Assembly: GCA_054600435.1 (NCBI GenBank)
Contig: BAAIJX010000009.1
Coordinates: 186,001-250,000, forward strand
DNA length: 64,000 nucleotides
Direction: 5' to 3'
From: Neophaeotheca triangularis
Lineage: Eukaryota
Shown: in pieces, positions 46,714 to 59,223 of the stretch
Position numbering within the stretch: position 1 is the first letter of the stretch
Layout of the letters: every line of letters starts with the position of its first letter
Program-made: the position numbers and the translations under genes
The notes under the pieces: generated by a model
What the model was told of the DNA's origin: nothing
Database searches by the model: none
Seen by the model: only the letters and a program-made list of their open reading frames with translations

Positions 46714-47621
46714 CTGGGAGTTTTTGGTCTCGTATGGATGGGGAGAGATTGGTGGCTTGCTTGGAGATGGATGGTAAGCTGGCTACGAGGCCTTGCAGGT
46801 GTTTGTTGAGACTTGTGATTGCGATAGGTCCGGGGAGTGTTTTCTACGTCCGCCGCGTGGGTTTAGCTGTGTCTAGAGTTGTCCAATATTGTCTCGAGAC
46901 CAGGCTCGGTTTGTACCATGACATTAAGCACATCTGAATTCACCTCTAGTTACAGTCTCTTCCGAGAAGCCACGCGCAGCTTGGAGCGTACGATTGTCTG
47001 TCTTTTCCTTGCTGTGGCAATCGATTCTTGGGGGAAAAATCAGTCCCACAAGCTTGCCACTTTGTCTTTTTCTTCTCAAATTTGCTTCCACATACTTCAC
47101 CAGGAGACTGTTATAGGGAATGTTTCTCTACACTTAGCTTTGGCCGAGAGCTCAGGATCTCCGGGTACTGAAGGCCATCATCTCCGATCATCGTTCACTT
47201 TACTAACAACTAACAAGGCATTGGATTATGCCCATCATAATACCGGGTTGGGGACGAACATATCGAGCAGATCGAGCAAACTGGACACACTAACTTTGCT
47301 GCTAAGAACTACACGCTCGTTCCGAAATGATCAAACGAAACTTGGAGCGACGATCATTGCTCTTTCCTTTGCCATGACAATCGAATTTTCCGGGCGTGAT
47401 GGTGTCGGTCGGAGCGATTGGCTTTTGTTTTCACCTTTGTTCTCACACGCTTCTCAGCTCTTTTGTCCGGATGGCACGGCTGGATGGTCGGCCCCGAAAA
47501 TGGCCGTGTGACTGCTCACGCAGGGCCCTGGGCAATTTCTTCTAGTCGTCTCCCTACACCTGGTGAATCTTTACCCATGCGGCAAAGAACAATCTTTGAT
47601 AGTTTACTCTCGGGAGCATCC

Positions 47622-48350
47622 TTAGCCTGGATAATAATCCATCACGATCTTTTGGATCTTAAAGACAGCATCTTCGACGGGTGGTCCCCCAGCCCAACCT
47701 GGGTTGCCATTCCTGTCACAGCGTAATTAGCACCACTGCGTTGCCCGCTGACGAGCTCCCTGGCTCACGCGCTTTACTCACGTCCACGCATTCCACATCC
47801 ACTGACCAGCTTCAGTCGGTACATTGTTCGTAAACCTCTGCAAAAGCCGCCCATCAACATAACACGCCGTACCGCCCGGCGTCCAATCAAGCCGATACTC
47901 ATGCACCGCGAAAGTAGCATCGACCGGGGCCTCAGCGACAAAATGAGACTCCCCCGAGCCCGGCCTCAGAGGTTGGTTGACAAAATGCAATTTCCTACCG
48001 CCATTGGGCGCCGCGCGCGCATCGCTCAGCCATTCGATATCAGTCTCCTGATTGTCGTCGTGGTACATGAACATGCCGTTGCAAATGCCAGGCGTCTCCG
48101 TGAGGATCGCGTACGTTTTGACGCTGCCGTAGCGCACTTTGAAAGCGGTGCGGACTTCGGCGCAGCTGAGGGGGTCTCGGCCGTGTTGTCTCCCTGGCAC
48201 TGTGAGGTGGAGGAAACCATCTTTGACCACGACGTTTTGCTGGTCGTGTTTGCGTTGGAGCAGGCCTGGGGGGGCTCCGATCTGGGTGTCGCTGACGTGG
48301 AGACCTGCCGGGAGGCTGTCTCCGTTGAATTCGAAAGTCTTTGATTCCAT
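47622..48350 (-). CDS. Glycoside hydrolase family 16, no evident signal peptide; exons 48350-47782 and 47712-47622
   Basis: NVVVKDGFLHL, YGS, catalytic E-x-D-x-E (QETDIEW), HEYRLDW, YVDG. The intron joins WNAWT to NGNPGWAGGPP..DA.FKI. Confidence 0.85.
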
Positions 48351-49954
48351 TATGGTTGCTTGCCCGTTTGTTGTGTGGCTGTGTTTGTGACGTTCGAGCC
48401 TATTCACCTGCAGGCTTCATACTGCTGGATAGAAACGCCACTCCAAGATCCAAACGCCATCGTCCAACGACAGCCTCTGGGGACCTATTTGGAAGAGAAC
48501 CTTAGTTGCGTCGTCAAGTCACGTGGCAACAGTGGGCCGCTCGAGACTGAGTCGTTGAAACAGAGTTTGGGTGTGCACGATTCAGCGTGGACATGTACCC
48601 ATGTACTCGTACCGAGCTTCTGGAAAACAAGAATGCCGTATTGGCTTGGGGAGTTTGGTGGGGGGTCTTGACACTAACGTTTCGACTTACGACTTCAGCC
48701 AAGTAGTGCCAGCCATGCCGACATCCCCGTGAGAAGAGTTTGGCATGTCGGCAAGGTCGGGTATGTGTGGCAGACGTCAATTTGATATAGCAGAGGTCGA
48801 GGACGGCAGGAAAAGGTTGTTAATTACGCCATCGCACATGGCAGGTACGAATAACGTTATCCATTGTCATTCTAGATTCCGCATCTTTACTACTACCGAG
48901 AGAAACTTTGTGGAATCAGTGGCCGGAAACAGACTTCGGTTGCCAACGTCATGGAACCCGGGAAGGTCGAAGAGTGCGAACTACCGGGTGGACCGTGGAC
49001 CCGCGCCCTTATTGTGTGGGACGAACTCTTCAACAATGAACGCTGGGGCGAGATCTGATCGAGATGTGGAATACTTTGCAGCGTGGCGTAAAAAACTTCT
49101 TCGAAGCAGCCGAGTACCGTGCCTCTGCGGACAGGACGTTCCAAAGACCATTCGTGCGATTATTGGCAGTACCGTTCTACGTCCGCCTCGACGTTCCCCT
49201 ATACCACGCGTCTTTGCAGAATTCTATCCTATCGTTTGAAGCACTTCTCGGAACATGTGGACCGTTTTTCCATCAGTAAATATTCCAAGGCGCGGGGCTG
49301 CCGTGCCCCATCGCGCTTGATCCGACACCACGGTCCTTCCAGCCGACCCGTGAAGATTAGTGAAGAAATCTAGGCTGGAGGAGGCTGCAACGATTTTCCG
49401 CGGATGATTCCACTTGAGTCAACCTTAAAACGCTTAACGACCTCAGCCCTACCCAATTGGAGAATATAGCAGAGACCCTAACCTTGGCTTACCTCTAACC
49501 TTACTGCCAACTTCGCGGGACACAAACGGCACGGAGGTAGTCCAAGCTAGGCCTTCTGTAATGTCCAGCATGGATCGCCATGATCGCCATGCCGTCTCAA
49601 ATTCTACTTTCATGTCGTCGAGGTCTTGGTCGACTTTGAACCCCATGACTGATGGGCCCTCGGCATATCCACAACTGGCAGTCTATCGATTTCGTTGAAC
49701 AGCTAGGTAAGGCAGAGATGATGGCGAAGCATTCATTAGGTCATGAGGGCCCATTGGCGGACGACACTGATGGCCAAGTGACCAGTAATAACTTTCTATG
49801 CCCAGAGGCCCAGGGCTTGAGAATTTCCAAATACGTATGTGTAAGGTATGACGGAATCTGTTCTACATATCCCCGCCAGCATGCTCTACTACTTGATCCC
49901 TCTGTCAATTCCCTACCGTCTATCAGATCATTCAGATGGTTATTATCATACAAG

Positions 49955-52900
49955 ATGGGCCCTCGCGATTCTCTGAACGATGTCGACCTGGAGAAGGGAC
50001 CGGATGTAAACCCCCTTCCCTTGTCTCGAAGAGAAGATGCCTACCATGAACGAAGGCCAGACGTATTGGCCACCATTGACGAGAAGAAAGCTAGGCAAGA
50101 GGACATCTCCGTCCCTCTCAATCTCTTGACGGTCAGAGCTGGTCATCGTACCGAGTGGACTCCTGATCCGCAACCAAGGCTATCAATCGAAGGGCACGCG
50201 GACTCAGGTGACTTTGACGAATCACGGCAACAGCAGAGGGCGAGTACACTAAGTGCGTTGGAGGGAGGGAACAGTGAGGTTGCCGACCATGCGCATGCCC
50301 CTCGTGCAAGCAGAATACCGGCAGCCGGTCGATTTTCCGAGGACGTTGACTCCAAAACTCGCCCGTCGTGGAGGCGGAGTCAGACATCTACCAACAGTGC
50401 TCGCCACCCACGAACGTGGAGCAACCCGGAGACTCCGCGTTTAGCATCCCGAGCTGGCGATTATCAGAGCGAGAAGCAGGAAGCGCAACCTTCGGGAGAC
50501 GACGATGCATTAACTAGCGTTTTGAATCGATTCGGCTTCGCCGGACCCCGATCAGGAACTCGGCCGGAAGCCACTGAAGACAACGCTGAAGTTGATCCGT
50601 TCGCGGACCCTCCTAGCAACCCATTCAGCGACGAATATAACTCTCGCGGCCCCATCGTTCGAGTGGCGACAAAACGAAGTGAAAGGCGTCGAACCTTGAG
50701 CAATGCGAGTCAAGCAGTCAGGAAACGTTCAGCATCGATTGCGCACACGACAGCAGATCTTGCCGCGGTAGCTCGTCAGAAGGTCGCTGACGGTATCGAG
50801 GATGCCGCACGCAAAGCAAGCGTCTATGATCTGTACACCAACGCCAAGGAACGCGGCGCCAAACTGCAGCGGTCGAAAGCGTACCAGGTCATCTTCGAGT
50901 ACACCGTATACGCCCTAATCTTGTTGTTTGCATACTTTGTGCTTGCGGGTCGACCCCTCTGGAATGGTGCGGTCTGGTGGTTGTATTACGCGGTATCTGA
51001 GTATTTCACGGTGGCTGGCACTTGGAGCATCACCATTGGCATGGCGATCATCTACGCTTACGTTCCATTATCGATCTTCTTTGAGAAAGAGCCGCCCATG
51101 CCAGCGGAGAATCATATTCTTGATCCTCTGAAGAATGGCTCGCACAACACCGCACTGTTGATACCATGCTACAAGGCCGCTAGGCTCATCGGACCAACGC
51201 TGGAGGCTGCTCTCAAGATCTTTCCCGCTAGCCATATTTATGTCATCGCCAATGGTAACAGCCCGACCCCGCTGGACGATACAGAAGACGTTTGCCGCAA
51301 CTATAAGGTGAATCATATCTGGTCGCCTGTGGGAAGTAAAATCGTGGCGCAGTTCGTGGGTTGTTACGCGGTGAAACGCTTCGAAAACGTTCTGCTCATT
51401 GACGACGACTGTGCTCTGCCTGCCAATTTTCCCATTGTCAGCGATCGGATGACTGATATGGTGAAGTGCATCGGCTACACCATCAAATCAGTCGGTCCGG
51501 AATCTTCAGCCGGCAACCTCTGCCAACAAGCGCAAGATCTCGAGTACAAGTTGAGCGGACTTCAAAGAGCTTTCGCTGGCAAAATCGGCTCCGCCACGTT
51601 CCCTCACGGCGCCATTTCCCTCTGGAATACCGAATTTCTGATCAAGACCTTCCATACGCACCCCGGCTTTTCCGTCTCAGAAGACTGGTTCTTCGGCCAT
51701 GTGGCACGAGAATTAGGAAGCCGGATTCAAATGTGTACCTCAATCTTCGTGGAAACCGAAACTCCGGGAGCAGTCTTCTTCTCCAGCGGCGGCGCACGAG
51801 GTGGCTTCGGCGAGATGACCATTTTCAAACAGAGATTCTACCGATGGAACTTCTTCTTTGTGAACGGAATGTACTACAACATGAAGTACATCCTGTGTTC
51901 TTGGAAACTCGGCTGGTGGGAGTTGGGAGCCAAGATCTTCGTTTTCCAGGAAGTCTACGAGACGCTGCTGTATATGCTTGCGCCGTTTGTGCTGCCCATC
52001 TCATTCGTCGTACGCCCCTCCTTCGCCGGTTACCTGTTCTTGGCCACATTCGCGTTGTACACGATCAATGTGATAGTAAGTGAGATTCGGCTATGACATT
52101 TGAGGCGGCATACTGACAAACAAACAGATCTTCAACGAGGTACACCTTCGGCGACGGAACGAGCGAGTGGGCTTCGTTGCGACCTACATTTATTACACCT
52201 TCTACAAGGCTGCTCTCTCGGCTGTCAATGTGTTCTCATGTTACTACTCATTGTTCAAGTACGCCAGGTACTTTGCGAAAAGGTGTGGTCTTCTTACCAA
52301 GGGACATCACGAATGAACGGATGCTAACACAGAACCAACAGACACCCTAAGATTGTCGAGGACGAGAAAGCGGTCGAAGTAGTCATGAAGTTGGAGGAAA
52401 ACACACCTGCATCGTCCGATACCTCTAGCGATAGAGGCCGCAGGCTCACTCTCACTGCTGTCGGTACACGAATTCCATCCGCTAACGAGCGTATAACCTT
52501 TGACGAAAGCCGCACTCGCAAATCATCCGAGGCGCTTGGCCGACGGCCTACTTTGATCTCCATCGCAGGTAGAACATCGTCCAGAGGAGAGGGCCGACAC
52601 TCGTACATTTCCCAAGGGTCTGAGAGCAGACAGCACACCAGCTGGTACTCCGAGAAGGTCGCAGATGACACGAGAGGCCCGGAGGTCCGTTTCGATGCGA
52701 CGATAAAGCGAACCACTTCCGGGGGCAGTATTGAGAGAGTCCCGACCAGGCGTGCTTCGGCCAGGCGCTCTACGGGAGATCGGAACTCGATGCCACGCTT
52801 CAGCCTGTTGCGACAGAACACTGACGAGCTAGACTTGACGAGATCACGCACTGGAGAGTCTCGTGGCCCGGGCGAACCTACTGGGAATTCTTCCAGTGGT

Positions 52901-53104
52901 GTGCCACAGAGCACGCCGTTTACTAGCGGGACAGTTGACCAGAGCCCTTTCGCCGACGACCACGGAGTGGAAGACGATGTCGTTAGGCGCCCCAGCACTT
53001 ATCAACATCTGGATCCTGTGGTAGAGTCTGCTGATGAGCCTGCGGACGATGCACACAGACTTGAGGCAGGCCACGGAAATGCCAGACAGAGTTGGCGAAC
53101 CTAA
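49955..53104 (+). CDS. Membrane-bound, probably processive glycosyltransferase family 2; exons 49955-52075, 52128-52282, 52342-53104
   Basis: TM pair, LIPCY, LLIDDD, QDLEY, GAISLW, SED, Q(RFY)RW, then further TMs. Long disordered termini. The frame is open upstream to ATG 49652. An alternative in-frame acceptor at 52332 adds 3 aa. Confidence 0.85.
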
Positions 53105-54217
53105 CGAACCTGTTAAAGCCGATCCTTACCTTCAGTCTGTACCTGTCGGTGTTCCCGGAGTTTGGCGTCTTCCCAGATTCTTCCATCCTTCAGGCGACGC
53201 ACAATGTTGTCGCAACGCCTTAACTTTACGATCATAGCATCACCGCTCCACCGGCTTCCATCTTGGACTATCGCGAATCGCGCAGCGCAAATCAACGACG
53301 ACAGTGAGACCCGTACACAAACTCCCACTTACCTGCGGATCGACTGCGCAATATCTGCTCCGCTTGCCGCCTGGCGAGAAGATTACTCTGGCCTTACTCA
53401 AAGACCAGAGTGTCTCCGTCGAACCCCTTCAACATCAGCCAGGAGGGGACGCTGGCTTGACCCTGCCGGATTAGGGACCAACGAAGCCGACTAGAATCTT
53501 GCGCATGGTGCGAGTAAGACCTTGTGTCTGGGCTCCGAGAGGCGAAGGACGGGATGGCGTTTCTTGCGATCCTTTACCCGAGTGGATGAGGACGCTGATG
53601 GCAAGACTGTCATCCACCTGCTTAGGTTGCTGAGGAACAAACGCTAGAGTGAAACCGGAGGGGACCGAAGCAGTACAGAAATTTCAAGGAAGCAAGCAGG
53701 TTATGGGAGCAGGCTACGAATTGAATGAAAAAGCCCGGAAGTGAAGGCAGAGTGAAGGTGAAGTGAAGGTGCACTTCAGCCCCTTGCCAAGCACTCAGAG
53801 CGACTACTCTCCTTACTATAATGAACAAAGACTACATATACCGCATTTCCCGCTCCCCTCTCGGCCTCAACGGTCAAGTGGTCAATATGGAAGTTCGTTT
53901 CACTCGCCGAGGGTCATGGGTCTTTAAGCCTCTTCAGACACACGAAAAAGCTCTAAAGTCGTGCGTTCGAATCTCGACGCCGTCAATACCCTCAAAGTGG
54001 GTTTTCATTATCAATACTGAGCGCTAGAGTTTGGACTCTAGTGGGATCGGGGTTGTGCTGCGCGTAAGCGTATGCCGGGTCTCAGTATTGGAGGGTGTTG
54101 ACGGGCGTTGATTTTTTTATTATTATTATTTTTTCTCTTTTGGCTTAGCTACCCTTTTCTTTTCAAGGGAGCTTTTCGACAGGTTCTTCGTAATGGGGTC
54201 GTTATATTACTGAACTA

Positions 54218-57200
54218 CTAAGTGTCGCCCATGGCCTCGTCTTGATCTGTACCATCACTCTCTTGCGCGCCAGTAGCAGCATCTTCGCCTATCCGCGTCA
54301 TCACACCACCCTTCAAACTTCTCATCCTCGTGGTTCCAGAATCTCTCATCCTCGCCCTCAAAACCTCGCCAGCCTCACTCGCAGCCCTAGCTTCAGCCTC
54401 CTGCATACTACCGCAGCCACCAACAGTGGCCACATTCTCCCCACCAACACTAACGCTACACTGCCAGCACTTCACCTCCCCCTGCCCAGCCGTCACAATC
54501 TCACTCTTATAAACCACCGCCCCCCTATCAGCCAAAACGCCCAGCATTTCCTTCGGATGCGTCGTCTGCACATCCTCCTCCAGGAAAAGATTCGTCAACT
54601 GCAAAAGCCCCAACTTCTCCACAAAAGCCTCGCAAGAGCGTAAGTCGCCCGCCGTGTCGATGTACAAAGCGCCTAACACGGCTTCCACGAGGTCGGAGAA
54701 GAACTTCCTTGGGCTTAGGGCGATAAGGTCGAGCCAGGGGTATTCCGGGCCGGAGGCGAGAGCTGTAGCGATTGCGGTGTGGTGCTGGGCGTAGGCGGCC
54801 AGGGAGGCTTGTTTATGGGGGAGCAATTGGTGGTCGCAGTGGAGGAAGTCATGGAGGTGGATTCGGCGGATTGAGCGCTCGGTTTGCATGTCCTCATTGC
54901 CAAAGGTAGTGCTTTTGGGAACTACGTCGTAGGTCTCGCTCTCTAGGCTGTAGTTCATGCAGCAGTAGCCGAGGATGTGGCTGTTTACTAGCGCTTCGTG
55001 GACGTGGTGGAGTTGCCAATGTCTTAACTTTCGCGGGTGAGCGAATAGCTTCGGGGTGATGATGAGATCTAAGACTGCGTCGCCGAGGAACTCGAGGCGC
55101 TCGTAAGACATGCTAGATGCTGCCCCTTGGCTTGAGGCGTGTGTCACGGCTTCGAGGAGGAGTGATGGCTGGTTAAACTTGTGGCCGATCAGCTCTTCCA
55201 GTTTTGGAAGGTTGACGGAAGAGCTGCGGGTTGGATCGGCTTTGAGCGATCCCAGGCTCTCGGTGTGGTCGCTCCATGTCTCGCGCGGCAGTAGCGTTTT
55301 GATGCATTGGTATGCTTTGGGCAGGCCGCCGTCCACATACGCCGCTCCGATTAGCGCCTCGACAACATCCGCGAGGACCTTACTAGACATCTCGCGCTGC
55401 TTCTTGTGGTCGCTTGCCAATACCTCGTCAATGTAGACAGGCCGCCACTTGGCTCCCGTGAAAGGCTTGGTCAAAATGTAAGCGTCCAGTCCTACTTCAA
55501 CCGCAGCTTTGGCCAGATTGCTGTTGCGGACGATCCGGTCTTTCTCGGCAGACAAATAGGCTTCAGGCCACATGAAGTGCTGTGCCATGACTTGTAGAGA
55601 AGTGCAGAACTTCAGAATGTGGTCCCCGAGGTATTCTAGCCGGTTATAGTCGCCTTCCTCGTTTGCTTGCGGTGAACTGATGGCCTCCAAGACTAAGGAC
55701 TCCTCGACAAATCCCACTGGTCTCAGAATTGTCGAGCAGAGGTCTTCTATCAAGAGAGTGACGTCCAGGCGATGCAGAAGTGATGGCACAAAGGCAGCAA
55801 GGATTGCATAGTTCAGTGGCAGGGGGCTGACTACGCAGTCTTTCTCCCGGAAGCTCTGTAGGCGGCTGTACGCCCCGGCTGCACTTTCGCCATGCGCTAC
55901 AGGATGTAGGAAGTCTTTTCGCTTTGGGAACTTCCTCACGACTACGTCACCATAGGCAGCTTCAGGCAGGATGTTTTTCGCATCTAAAGTAGCCTCGACG
56001 CCGGGCTTTTTGACATACTCTGAAATGAACGCCGCACCTGCCTGACCAGGCACGCTGACGAGTCTTCGACCTGCCGCAGGTGATTTCGTATCTGTCCATG
56101 CCTCAGACGCGGGAGAGGTGACCCCATTCTGTTCTGTAGCTCCATCACAGGTGGTACTGATCGGCGCAAGAAGCACCACGAAGTTGTCTTTGGAAGCCAT
56201 TCGAGTGCCATGCACAGGCTGGAGAAGAAAGCCAGTGAGCGCCCGCAGCCGTTTACTGGAGGCAGCGCTGATGGAGCAATTGGAAGACTCAAACGAGACT
56301 TGGTACACTGTGGACTCGTTCCAGTAAAGGCTGACAGGAGCGATCGAAAGCATTTTGCAGGGCATCCACATCGCTAAAGAGGCTATTGTCGTCCCATTGA
56401 AGTGGAGGTGAACGCTGCATGCTTGCCAGTCTACCGTCGTGGCTTTTGTAGCTAAATTTATCCACGAGCTCCTGCGCTCGGCAACTTGAACGAGCTTAGG
56501 CTGATCGCGATGCTCCCCCATGGATGGCACATAGTTCTTGAGTAGTGGCAGCAGGTTGTCGTTGATCAAGCCCTCGTTGTACAATTGCAAGTAGGCATGG
56601 AATGCAGCGTCTAATATAGCTCCACGCTCGGTGCGCCAGGCATTTCTGCTACGAGCTGTGCGGACGCTCGCATGGACATAGACTGGAAGCGTCACTTCAG
56701 CGGTAAATAAGTTGGTCAAATCATCTCGGCAGGGCTTGAGTTCGGGGCGAAGGTCGGTGTACTTTGCCGCTTGTAGCCCTGTGGAGCAAAAGTGAAAGAG
56801 ATGGGCCTTGGCGTTTTTCGCTGTCAGAAGTGCACCAGTTCTTTCAACACGGTGCACCAGTCTTCCAAGCAGAGCCTCATCAGTCGCTTTGTCATCGTCT
56901 GTCTGTTCGTATGCTGGTGCAACCTGGCGCTTCTCGTCCTCGTAGGCTTCCTTCATTCTTTCTTCCAACACCTGCCACTTGGCGTGATTCGCTCGAGTGT
57001 CGGTTTCAGGGAGAAAGATTATGTATTTCGAGTCTCGCTGCCTTGCGCGGCCTCTTCGCTGGACGAAGGAAACTAGATTCTTCGGTAGGTCGTAGCTAAC
57101 CACAGTGTTGCATGCTGAGATGTCGATACCTTCTTCGAGAATGTTTGTTGCAATCATCAGATTCTTGGTACCTTGACGAAAGCCATCAAGATCTGCTTGC

Positions 57201-58739
57201 TGACGCTTCAGGTCAGACATGTCAGCAATGCTGGATTTGCGCTTGACTGAGGTTGAAGTTCCAAGAAAAACGCCGACGTTGTATTTATTGTGGAACTGAG
57301 GGAGCTTGCTCAAGAGGTCTGCCAGAGCGATGGCGACTGCTCTTTGCTCGACGAAGATGATACCGTTAAAGTCCGGCGATGAGCTGGCCCCAAGTAGCTT
57401 TATCAGCTTGTCTGCTTTGGTGGACAGTCGATAACTAGGTATTGACTGAACAGTCGGAGGCTTCACCGATTGGTTGATTGAATTGAAGATGGAAGTCAAG
57501 TGAATCTTCTCCTTGTCCGTCATTTCAGGTATGGCAGACGGCTGGCAGTCAACGCTTTCGAGGAATCGTCGTATGCAGTTGTCGGTATACTGCTCTGCCA
57601 TCGTACTCCCCAATTGGCTCGTGAGGGTTCGCGCCCTCGAACCAAGGATTCGTAGCTGTTCGTTGCAGTAAGTCTTCCGCTTGGTCATTACCTTGCTCAG
57701 CTCATCTGAAGTATTGAGTGACTCCAAGAGTTCGACAACGTAAGGATCAGCCCTCAAATCGTAGGTGGCGAAAGCTTGTTCTACCAGTCGCGAAATGGGA
57801 CCGAGCGGTTCATCCATGCTTTGCTCGAAGGCCACACGAACGAGTTCAGGTGGGTGAACGTATCCGCTAAGTTCTGAGCGGTGTCTTTTAGGGGTTATGA
57901 CCCGAGAGTTCAGGACCGCTTCGATTAACCTGCAATGTGTTAGTTCAGTAATTCGATATTGGCATCTGCAAACTAACGAAAGACTCTCTACGCTGGCACC
58001 GTACACGGGGCTCGCGGTGAGACCTAGTATACCAGGATTATGCTCTCTCTTCACTCTGTTGCTGTGGTAGAAATCGCGCATGATGCCTGCCATGGGATGA
58101 TCTCCAACGCAATGGTGGGCTAGAGCCGAGTCTCAGCTTCCCATCCACTCGATCCTCGGCTGAAGACTCACCTTCATCGAATACCAGCAAGCTCAACATT
58201 TTCATACTCACGAAGCCATGCTCAAGTGCTTCTTCAAGCACCTTTGGGGTCCCAACAACAATCTCTACATTAGCAAGAATAGCGTCCCAGTGCCATTGAT
58301 CAGTCCATTTATCGAGCTTGTCGCTGCCAACAAGTAACTTGATCTGATATGCTGGGAGAAGCTGCACGACCTTGGTATAATGCTGTTCGCTCAACGCCAC
58401 ACTCGGTGCAAGAAACCATATAAGCTTCATATCAAAATTAGCTTTATAAGGAACGAATCTGGGAAAGTGCCATTGACCCAGCAGCATACCTTGTCAGCGC
58501 TTTCGAGTCGCTCCAGCTCAGCTCTCATACGAGCCACCGCTACATGAGTCTTGCCGCTGCCGGTGTCCATCTACAGTAGGTCAGGATCAGCCGTCGGCAG
58601 AGCGCAGTATGCTCTACCTTACCGCAACGATGACATTATGCTTCAAGGACTCTTCCAGCATCTCTTGCTGGTAGCTCCGCAGCTTGCTGCTGTTGTCTGG
58701 CTCGTTGCCGCCAAGGCTTGCGTCTGGTACCTCTTCCAT
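54218..58739 (-). CDS. DCL2: Dicer-like protein 2; exons 58739-58623, 58570-58490, 58424-58172, 58119-57978, 57929-54218
   Basis: LRSYQQEM, MDTGSGKT, spliced DEAH, GLTASP, EEGIDI..C, QRRGRAR, Dicer dimerisation domain, RNase IIIa (RLEYLGD/ADVVEA), RNase IIIb (ERLEFLGD/SDLVEA), C-terminal dsRBD-like segment. No obvious PAZ domain. Confidence 0.92.
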
Positions 58740-59223
58740 GACTGCATTGAGCGGAAACAGTTCGTAAAAGGGCTCTATGCGCGAGAGAATGGAGCACAAA
58801 GATGACAGAGTGTCTAGAGAGGGTTGAGGAACCGCAAGCTACCGCCCAAGGGATAGAACACGTGCACGAATCACTCGGGTGCATGATGCTACGTGCGGCC
58901 GCGCAATTATCTGCAGGTCCTGTGCAGCTGCCTACCTGTACATAGATATTAAGAAGGAGGGGAAATCACGGAGCGCTTTTGGTCGAAAGCTGTCCAGGGG
59001 TGTGCATGAGCTGTGGTACGTTTACCAGGGAGAAGGTGATGTCGGCCGGCAAGTCGAACCGACGTCGGGAGCGGGACGACCCTTGCTAGCTCCCGCCCCC
59101 ACGCTGCTGCAGGGTAACACCTCGGCCGGCAGAAAAAGTGCTATGTGCATCGAGAACTTTGGCGGTCTTCTTCCTCCAACTAACAATAACCACGATCCAT
59201 GTTCGGTTGTTCCCTGCTCTAGA

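Noticed and set aside
46711..46810. Stop-codon readthrough of RGP1 (TGA CTG)
   Set aside because: Not the TGA CTA consensus, and the extension ends without a PTS1-like tripeptide.
46879..47511. 210-aa + ORF between RGP1 and GH16
   Set aside because: TTG start, no family motifs, and it lies in a convergent 3' UTR zone.
47670..47700. Apparent frameshift in GH16 exon 2
   Set aside because: Recounting the homopolymer gives five G, so the frame WAGGPP is intact.
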